Below, piece by piece: positions 57,494 through 64,000 of a stretch of 64,000 nt of DNA. Both the position numbers and the translations under genes were made by a program. Source of the DNA: Thermoanaerobaculaceae bacterium (GTDB taxonomy: Bacteria; Acidobacteriota; Thermoanaerobaculia; Multivoradales; UBA5704). Location: NCBI GenBank assembly GCA_963717295.1, contig OY970330.1, forward strand, positions 7,932,822 to 7,996,821, given 5' to 3'. Under the pieces are notes generated by a model, which saw only the letters and a program-made list of their open reading frames with translations, did not search any database and was not told where the DNA came from. The stretch's first letter is position 1. Each line of letters opens with the position of its first letter.

Positions 57494-60073
57494 ATGCCGA
57501 CTTCCCCAGACGTTTCGACTGAAATTCTCCAATGGTCGCAGGATCGCCCCGGTTGGCAACGGGACGCACTTCGGCGGCTTCTCTCGACAGGAGAGATTTC
57601 AACCACCGAGATCGATCAGCTCCTTCTCCTGTGCAAGGCGGCCAGGGGACTTGCGCAGCCCACCTCTCCCAATGTCCTCACCCGGAGCCATCTTCCTACC
57701 AAGAGCACCGGCGGGGACTCGACCTCGTTGGTTACTCTGACCCACCATTGCGGCGCGAACGCCTTGGCGTCCGAACAAACCATCGCATTCGGCCCACGCC
57801 TCACGATCGTCTATGGCCAGAATGCCGCGGGCAAGTCAGGCTACACAAGAATTCTCAAACAGGCATGCCGGTCGCGGGCCACTGAAAAGATTCTGGGCGA
57901 TCTTCTCAGCGGTGCATCGCCGGTGAAACTACAGGCCACAATCTCGTTCCGGCACGGCGCCGAGGAAACTCCAACGCTGTGGGCAATGGGCGATCCGCCT
58001 TCGGATGCTCTTGCGGCGGTTAGTGTATTCGACTCGGGCTGTGCGCCGGTTTATCTCCGGGATAAAACCGATGTCGCCTTCCGTCCCTTCGGCCTTGATA
58101 TATTCGACCGGCTGGCTTCCCTTTGTAGCGAACTGCGCAATCGACTCGAAAGCGAGAAGGTAAAGCTGAACATGCTCGCCTCGCCACTTCCGACATTTGC
58201 TGAGGCAACGAAGGTCAGATTCTTTATTGATCATCTGTCTTCCCTCACGAAACCGGAAGACCTTAGAAGCTTGGCCATCCTCTCGTCCACTGAGAGAGCA
58301 CGCCTTGAAGCGCTGCGAGGACACCAGCGTGATCTTCTCTCCGCCGATCCTAAGGCCCGGGCCAGGGAGCTAACCTCAAGAGCCGACCGTGTTGACTTAC
58401 TCAAGCGGCATATAGCGGATCTATTTGCGGTTCTACGGGGAAGCGCGCTATCAGATCTTCAAAAGTCGGCTGAGGCACTTCGGGCGGCGCAAGCATCACT
58501 CGCTCTCTTGAGGACTACAGCATTAACCCCCGACTTGCTTCCTGGCACAGGAGAGGAGAACTGGCGGAAGATGTGGGAAGCAGCCGAGGGATTCTCAGGA
58601 ATAGCTTATCCCGACTCCCCCTTTCCCGCTCTGACAGATGATGCGCGATGCCCTCTCTGTCAGCAGGAGATAGGCGTGGAGGCTGAAGCACGACTTCGGC
58701 ATTTTGCCGAATATGTCGCATCAACGGCTCAAACGCGAGTACGCGAGGCGGAGAGAGCATATGGAGCGTCTCTTTCCCTGTTAAACCAAGCGGTGATTGT
58801 CCGGCCCGATATTGAGTTGGCGATTAGCGAGCTCCGCCTAGAGAATGAGCAACTTGCCCAGAGCGTCCAAGGCTTCTTGCAAAACGCTGGACAAACTCGA
58901 AAAGGGATCAATGAAGCTCTAGCACAAGGCGTGGGATTCTTGGCAAGCGTGGTCCAGAGTCCCGAAGCGGAATTGCAGGCAGCTGCCTTGAGCCTTCGCG
59001 AACGAGCCAAACAACTATTGGCCGAGCAGCCAACGATGAATCCCGAAGCTATAAGCGAGCTGAAGGAGCTAGAGGCCCGTTTGACCCTTGGCGAGCATAT
59101 GGACGCTGTCCTTGAGGCGATTGAACGCAAAAAGCAATTGGCGGCCTACGAGCTGTGCCTATCCGACACGACAACCCAAGCAATAACTCGGAAGAGTACG
59201 GAGTTGACAACCCAATTGGTGACAGATCAGCTCAAGGCTGGATTCCAGGAGGAGTTGAAGGCTCTAGAGTTTAATCATCTCGCTGTTGCGGTCCAGCCAG
59301 CGGGAGGCGCCAGAGGAACGCTGTTTCACCGGCTTATCTTCACCAACGCACCAGGAGTCACTATCACCAATGTACTTAGCGAGGGAGAGTCGAGGACTCT
59401 TTCGCTCGCTTCTTTCCTCACAGAGCTAAAGACCGCCGAGAGTCGCTCCGCAATCATCTTTGACGACCCCGTTTCTTCGCTGGATCATATGTGGCGGGAG
59501 AGAATAGCTCGAAGACTTGTCGCAGAAGCTGCGACGCGTCAGGTCATCGTGTTTACTCATGACATTCTCTTTCTAAGATTCCTCGCAGACGAAGCGACAA
59601 GGTTTGGCGTAGACTGCAAGCATCAATATATCCAGCGTGACACTCAGGTCGGTATATGCACGGAAGACCTCCCGTGGATTGCCATGAATACCTCTGCCCG
59701 TATCAGAAGAATGCGGGAGCGCTATCAGGAAGCCGAGAAGCTCTTCCGCACCTTCCCCGAGAAATACGAGGACGCGGCTCGCGGTATTTATCGCCTCCTT
59801 CGAGAGGCATGGGAGCAAGCAACCACAGAAGTTCTCCTCAACGATGTTGTTCAGCGATATCGTCCGAGCATCGAGACCAATAAAGTAAGGCTTCTACATG
59901 ATATTACTCCTGATGACTGCAAGGCGATCGAAGCAGGAATGACAGAGTGCTCACGTTGGCTCCACGATCAGCCTGCCGCCGACGGCACCCCTTTTCCAAG
60001 GCCAGATGCCCTCAAAAGCCGGATTGATGACCTTGACGGATTAGTGAAAGCCATTAAAAAGCGACGCCCTTAA
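57494..60073 (+). CDS. large ABC/Rad50-like ATPase with a coiled-coil CxxC zinc hook; RloC/PrrC-like candidate anticodon nuclease (859 aa)
   Basis: Walker A GQNAAGKSGYT, long coiled coil containing DARCPLCQQEI (zinc-hook-like), ABC signature LSEGESRTLSLA, Walker B AIIFDDP, H-loop VFTHD, then a ~170-aa C-terminal domain containing R..E...H spacing. Confidence 0.45.
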   Translation: MPTSPDVSTEILQWSQDRPGWQRDALRRLLSTGEISTTEIDQLLLLCKAARGLAQPTSPNVLTRSHLPTKSTGGDSTSLVTLTHHCGANALASEQTIAFGPRLTIVYGQNAAGKSGYTRILKQACRSRATEKILGDLLSGASPVKLQATISFRHGAEETPTLWAMGDPPSDALAAVSVFDSGCAPVYLRDKTDVAFRPFGLDIFDRLASLCSELRNRLESEKVKLNMLASPLPTFAEATKVRFFIDHLSSLTKPEDLRSLAILSSTERARLEALRGHQRDLLSADPKARARELTSRADRVDLLKRHIADLFAVLRGSALSDLQKSAEALRAAQASLALLRTTALTPDLLPGTGEENWRKMWEAAEGFSGIAYPDSPFPALTDDARCPLCQQEIGVEAEARLRHFAEYVASTAQTRVREAERAYGASLSLLNQAVIVRPDIELAISELRLENEQLAQSVQGFLQNAGQTRKGINEALAQGVGFLASVVQSPEAELQAAALSLRERAKQLLAEQPTMNPEAISELKELEARLTLGEHMDAVLEAIERKKQLAAYELCLSDTTTQAITRKSTELTTQLVTDQLKAGFQEELKALEFNHLAVAVQPAGGARGTLFHRLIFTNAPGVTITNVLSEGESRTLSLASFLTELKTAESRSAIIFDDPVSSLDHMWRERIARRLVAEAATRQVIVFTHDILFLRFLADEATRFGVDCKHQYIQRDTQVGICTEDLPWIAMNTSARIRRMRERYQEAEKLFRTFPEKYEDAARGIYRLLREAWEQATTEVLLNDVVQRYRPSIETNKVRLLHDITPDDCKAIEAGMTECSRWLHDQPAADGTPFPRPDALKSRIDDLDGLVKAIKKRRP

Positions 60074-60079
60074 GGCGCT

Positions 60080-61615
60080 CTAGTCGCTTAGGCTAATGCT
60101 TCCATTGTTCCCTTGGGAACTGACAAGCATCAGCATTAACTGTCGCAGAAGCTTATCCCAAGTTCGAGGTACGTCTCGGTGTGGGGCACCAGACCAATTT
60201 TTTACCCGCTCGGCAACTAGTTTCGCTTCCGGAAGCGCTGTAAAATCAATCGTCTTTTGATTCACTTGCCAGTTCGAGGTGAACAGAGCGACCAATTCGC
60301 GCTTTTCATCGTTCGTGCCCGATTGATACAGAGAATACGCGGAATCCAGCCGTTCGAGGAATTCGGTGAGCTTCTTCGGTCCGCTCCGCTCCGGATCGTC
60401 CAACGCAGCAAGCTTCTCTTCGAGCGCCTGCTTTTCGGCAATGAGTGCCGCCTTCCGTTCCTCGAAGAGATCGCGGTCGAGGAGCCCGTCCACCACCGCA
60501 TCGGCGAGGCGTCCGCGGCGCACCGCAAGCTGGCTGAGTTGCAGTTCAATCGTCTTTCTTTCTCTGGTCGCGTCATCCTCTTGGGTTGCCGTGAGGCTCC
60601 CGATCTTCTCGCGAATGTAGTCTCGCTCCTCCGGATCGAGCTGGCCGGCTTGAAGGAGCGGGGTGAGCTTCACCTCCGGCCCGTCCTCCCGCACGCTCGT
60701 GGTCGGACAGGTTCTCGTGTGGCAGCGGTAATAGACGTAGCCCTTCTGTCGCTCGCCGATCAAGGCATAGCCGCAACCTGTGCAATGGAGCGTCCGCCGG
60801 AAGAGGAAGTCGTGCATCACAGGCCGTGCGGAGAGCTTGCCGTCTAGGGCGGCCTGCACTCGCTCGAAGAGCGACCGCGAGATCAAGGGCTCATGAATGC
60901 CCTCGTAGACCTCGCCGCGCCGCTTGATCTTGATGAGCCCTACGTAGAAGGGATTGCGGAGAATGCCCGCGAGGCTGTTGATTGAGACCTCGCGGCCCAG
61001 GCGGTTCCTGAGGCCCTGCCGGTGCAGCTCCTCTTGGAGGGTGTGCAGGGTGTATCTGCCGGTTGCATAAAGCTCGAAGGCCCGCCGCGCGAGCGGCCCC
61101 TTCAAGGGATCGATTGTCTTTGGCTTTCCCGCGCCGCAGTCCAGGTATCCAATCGGCGCCTGCATCGGGAAGATGCCCTGACTTAGGCGCCCGTTGATGC
61201 CCTTCAAGGTCTCCTCGCGGAGATTGCGGATGAAGTCGGCGGCGACAACGGCCTGGATGTCGGCCGACAGGCGCCCGCCTCGGGTTTGGAGGTCGAGCGT
61301 CTCGTTTACGAAATGCACGGCGACGCCGCGGTCGATGAGTTCGCCGAGTTCCGCCCAGTCCCGGAGGTTCCGGGCACTGCGGTCAATCTTGTGGATCAGG
61401 ACCCCTTTGGCTTTGCCCTGCCGCAAGAGCCGGAGCATCTCCGTCCACTCCCGTCGGCCGCGCTTGGCGGCCGTCTCCCGCTCCTCAAACCAGCGCGCGA
61501 CCTCGAAGTGATTGCGCTCCGCAAAGCGCTCGATCGCGGCTCGCTGTTCCTGAAGCGAGACATGGCGCTCGCCTTGTCGGGGCGTCGAGACGCGGATATA
61601 TCCATAGAACATCAC
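60080..61615 (-). CDS. large serine recombinase (second copy, distinct sequence)
   Basis: YGYIRVSTPRQ (catalytic Ser in the resolvase domain), recombinase domain, Cys cluster CTGCGYAL...YYRCHTRTC, and a C-terminal coiled-coil. Confidence 0.85.
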   Translation of the reverse strand: MMFYGYIRVSTPRQGERHVSLQEQRAAIERFAERNHFEVARWFEERETAAKRGRREWTEMLRLLRQGKAKGVLIHKIDRSARNLRDWAELGELIDRGVAVHFVNETLDLQTRGGRLSADIQAVVAADFIRNLREETLKGINGRLSQGIFPMQAPIGYLDCGAGKPKTIDPLKGPLARRAFELYATGRYTLHTLQEELHRQGLRNRLGREVSINSLAGILRNPFYVGLIKIKRRGEVYEGIHEPLISRSLFERVQAALDGKLSARPVMHDFLFRRTLHCTGCGYALIGERQKGYVYYRCHTRTCPTTSVREDGPEVKLTPLLQAGQLDPEERDYIREKIGSLTATQEDDATRERKTIELQLSQLAVRRGRLADAVVDGLLDRDLFEERKAALIAEKQALEEKLAALDDPERSGPKKLTEFLERLDSAYSLYQSGTNDEKRELVALFTSNWQVNQKTIDFTALPEAKLVAERVKNWSGAPHRDVPRTWDKLLRQLMLMLVSSQGNNGSISLSD

Positions 61616-61616
61616 T

Positions 61617-62051
61617 TCATTTTGGTGTGGTTTCTTTTGAGGAATCGACCTTTCCTGCCATGCTAGGACAGGAGGCGTGACTCGTCAACGTGAGGAATCG
61701 CTCGTATTCCTTTGGGTCGCTTGAGATCCGCTCATACATACGGACGATCAATGCGGCGTAGCTGGTGTACCAAGTATCAAGCGACGCATATTCGGCCTCG
61801 GTGAAGCCGGGAAACATTTTCTTCAAACTCGCGAGCGCTGGCGTGGGCGTGACATCCGGCATGGAACGGAGCGTACTTGCCAGATGCGACGCGCAAAAGG
61901 CGCCGGCCGCCGCGTGCTTCGTTTTCTCTCTCAGAGTAAAACCCTTCGTGCATCGGACATAAAACCGATTTGTTAGCCAAGGCGGAAACTTTTGCCGTCT
62001 TTTTTCCTGTAACGGGGACGATACCCTGAGACCCGCCATGAGCACGATCAT
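61617..62051 (-). CDS. hypothetical protein upstream of, and overlapping, the recombinase start
   Basis: Protein-like composition; 2-nt gap to the recombinase ATG. Start uncertain. Confidence 0.3.
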   Translation of the reverse strand: MIVLMAGLRVSSPLQEKRRQKFPPWLTNRFYVRCTKGFTLREKTKHAAAGAFCASHLASTLRSMPDVTPTPALASLKKMFPGFTEAEYASLDTWYTSYAALIVRMYERISSDPKEYERFLTLTSHASCPSMAGKVDSSKETTPK

Positions 62052-62148
62052 CGCGCGGTCTCGCTTTTCAATACTCCTCCCCGACATCCGCGCGGGTCCT
62101 CTGCGTTTTTTTAAGCACGCAGTCATCACTAACCACCACCCTCTTTCT

Positions 62149-62649
62149 ATGTCACAAACTCCTACCCACCCGACTCGCATCTTCGCCTTGGACCCCACGA
62201 CCAAAGGCTTTGGCTACGCCGTCCTTGAACTGCCTTTTCGCCTCGTCGATTGGGGCCTTGCCCATGTCTCCGGCGAGAAGGAATCCGGCGCCGTCGCCCG
62301 CTTTGAGGCGCTTCTTGATCAGTTCCGGCCGGATCTAGTGATCCTTGAGGACTCTGCAGCCCCCGGCTCGCGCCGCCGCCCCAGGGTGCGCAAGCTCTTG
62401 GGCACGCTGGTAGAGACCTCTCGCGAGCGCGGCATCGAGGTACAGGCTCTCCCGCGGCTCGCCGTCATCGAGTGCTTCTCCTCGCCGGACGAGCGCGCCA
62501 CGAAGTACTCGATCACCAAGCGCCTTGCCGAGACCTTCCCGGAACTCGCCGAGAAAGTGCCGCAGCGCCGCAAGATCTGGCAGAGCGAGGACGAGCGCAT
62601 CGCGACCTTTGACGCCCTGGCCTTGGCGGTGACCTACGCGATGAAGTAG
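62149..62649 (+). CDS. RuvC-like (RNase H-fold) resolvase-family protein, paralog 2
   Basis: MSQTPTHPTRIFALDPTTKGFGYAVLE...LVILEDSAAPG. Paralog of 47833..48306, with a conserved C-terminal ...AE.FP.LAE..P..RK.W..ED.R...FDAL motif. Confidence 0.5.
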   Translation: MSQTPTHPTRIFALDPTTKGFGYAVLELPFRLVDWGLAHVSGEKESGAVARFEALLDQFRPDLVILEDSAAPGSRRRPRVRKLLGTLVETSRERGIEVQALPRLAVIECFSSPDERATKYSITKRLAETFPELAEKVPQRRKIWQSEDERIATFDALALAVTYAMK

Positions 62650-62768
62650 CAGTCACACCGCAAAGGTACGAGTCACGCAAGACGGCTCCGGGAGCCGTCT
62701 TTTGCGTTTTGATTCCGGCCTCTACTCTGACCGCAGAACCTCACAATCTGAGAAGAAAGGAGGATGCG

Positions 62769-63719
62769 ATGTCACAGGGTTTCGTGTCGTTTGCGGAGGT
62801 GAAGCGTGCGGTCACAATGGAAGCGGTCCTTGTCCGCTACGGACTCAAGGAGATCCTCGTTCCCAAGGGCAAGAATCTCGCAGGGCTGTGTCCCTTCTGC
62901 AAGGGGAAGTCAGCGCGGCAGTTCCAGGTGAATCCCGTAAAGAACGCCTGGTACTGCTTCGGCTGCAAGGCGGGCGGGAACATCCTGGATTTCGTCGCGA
63001 AGCACGAAGGGGTGAGCGTACGCACCGCGGCCTTGAAGCTCAATTCCTGGTTCGAGCTCGGGCTCGCGGAAGAAGCAGAGAAACCTTCGGCGCCTTCCGC
63101 CCCCGCCGAGACGCCAAAGGTCGCTGAGGAGCCACCTCCCGCCGCCGAGGAGACCTTGCCCGCCGAAAATCCGCCCCTCACCTTCACCCTCAAAACCCTT
63201 GACCCGAACCACGCGGAGCTTGCAGCCCTGGCGCTCAGGACGGAGACCATCGAGCGTTTCGGCGCGGGGTACTGCTCGAAAGGACTCCTCAAAGGCCGGC
63301 TTGCGATCCCGATCCACGGCGACCGCGGGGAACTCTTGGCCTACGCCGGCCTTGCGGTCGAGGAGGGCGAGACCCCGCGGTATCTCTTCCCGCCGAAGTT
63401 CCACCCGCCTCTCGAAGTCTTCAACCTGCATCGCCTGATCGATGTCGCCGAGGAGACGGGACCGCTTTATCTTACGTCCGAGATCGAGGGGGTCCTCAGG
63501 CTCGCCGAAGAGGGAGTCGCCTCCGCGCTTGGCCTTTTCGACGGGTCGCTTTCCCCGAAGCAGGAAGAGACGATCGTGGGCGCCCTTTCGCTCTACGAGG
63601 GCTTCCTCCTCGTGGGCGAGGGCTTTGAAGACCGCACGATCGCCCGCCTCGCGCGCTACGCGACGGTGTCCTGGGTTCCCGATCTCCCCGCGCAATCGGC
63701 GACCGGCGTCTCCGCCTAG
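62769..63719 (+). CDS. DNA primase-like protein with N-terminal CHC2 zinc finger
   Basis: CPFCKGKSARQFQVNPVKNAWYCFGCKAGGNILDFVAKHEGVS, the DnaG-type CHC2 zinc-binding motif. The C-terminal part may be a degenerate Toprim. Confidence 0.55.
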   Translation: MSQGFVSFAEVKRAVTMEAVLVRYGLKEILVPKGKNLAGLCPFCKGKSARQFQVNPVKNAWYCFGCKAGGNILDFVAKHEGVSVRTAALKLNSWFELGLAEEAEKPSAPSAPAETPKVAEEPPPAAEETLPAENPPLTFTLKTLDPNHAELAALALRTETIERFGAGYCSKGLLKGRLAIPIHGDRGELLAYAGLAVEEGETPRYLFPPKFHPPLEVFNLHRLIDVAEETGPLYLTSEIEGVLRLAEEGVASALGLFDGSLSPKQEETIVGALSLYEGFLLVGEGFEDRTIARLARYATVSWVPDLPAQSATGVSA

Positions 63720-63837
63720 TCCGCCCTCCCGACTTACCCCGCACCAAAGAACCTCTTGGCCCGAAACCAACCCCGACCATCGCGGTCGGCTGCGGTCGAG
63801 CTGTGTCACGACGCAGGTCACATGAGAAGGAGTCCCT

Positions 63838-64000
63838 ATGCACCGTAAAGCCACGGTGACCTCATATTTCGACACGAGGGTGAGCGTTCCGATGATCCGC
63901 CTCCGCGGCCGGTGGCTCATGCGTGCCGGTTTCCGTAAAGGCGATGCCCTGCGGATCGAAGTCGTGGAAGGGCGCCTGATCCTCACCCGACCCGGAGATC
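63838..64000 (+). CDS. SymE-like (AbrB-fold) toxin-family protein, 3' end cut by window edge
   Basis: RBS GAGAAGGAG. MHRKATVTSYFDTRVSVPMIRLRGRWLMRAGFRKGDALRIEVVEGRLILTR resembles the SymE/SpoVT-AbrB swapped-hairpin motif. Confidence 0.45.
   Translation, partial: MHRKATVTSYFDTRVSVPMIRLRGRWLMRAGFRKGDALRIEVVEGRLILTRPGD

Overview
This is a high-GC (about 65-70%) bacterial chromosomal segment, and it falls into three parts. (1) Positions 1-32.7 kb are a housekeeping backbone. In order: rmlC-rmlB, uppP, an ECF sigma/anti-sigma/DUF4097-like trio, recD2, a sigma-54-dependent NtrC-like regulator, pdxJ, the conserved cluster tilS-hpt-ftsH-folP-cdaA-cdaR-glmM (all minus strand), tRNA-Met(CAU), arsR, sodA, rpmG, tRNA-Asp, tRNA-Val, an HDAC-family gene, fmt-rsmB, HU, moaC and a DUF1343/NamZ-like gene. 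(2) Positions 32.7-42.3 kb hold a lower-GC islet with a Cys-rich small secreted peptide, a bphO-bphP bacteriophytochrome operon with a second Cys-rich peptide, a MOSC gene, a hicAB toxin-antitoxin cassette flanked by ~47-bp direct repeats, and serC-like/serA. (3) From 42.1 kb to the window end there are integrative/mobilizable element(s) at the 3' end of serA. They carry two large serine recombinases, two TraD/TrwB-like P-loop ATPases, a Replic_Relax protein, two paralogous RuvC-like genes, an Xre regulator, an ECF-like sigma, a primase-like CHC2 protein and a SymE-like toxin. A ~7 kb lower-GC (~50%) cargo sits inside this element. Its 4-gene operon (52967-57042) is the most novel-looking feature: a fusion of a PEP-utilizing-enzyme ATP-binding domain with a QW-motif alpha/alpha-toroid (terpene-cyclase-like) domain, a stand-alone PEP-utilizer phosphohistidine swivel domain, a DUF protein and an MBL-fold hydrolase. 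Next to it is an RloC-like zinc-hook ABC ATPase. Other notable points: a ~124-bp palindrome-rich tandem repeat array (7420-8005) inside a lower-GC islet that is bounded by a 33-bp direct repeat copying the recD2 3' hairpin; an apparent frameshift in ftsH; an in-frame TAG interrupting bphP; and a candidate oriT-like nested inverted repeat at 50.0-50.2 kb. Many long ORFs in the supplied track are high-GC opposite-strand artifacts and are not reported as genes.
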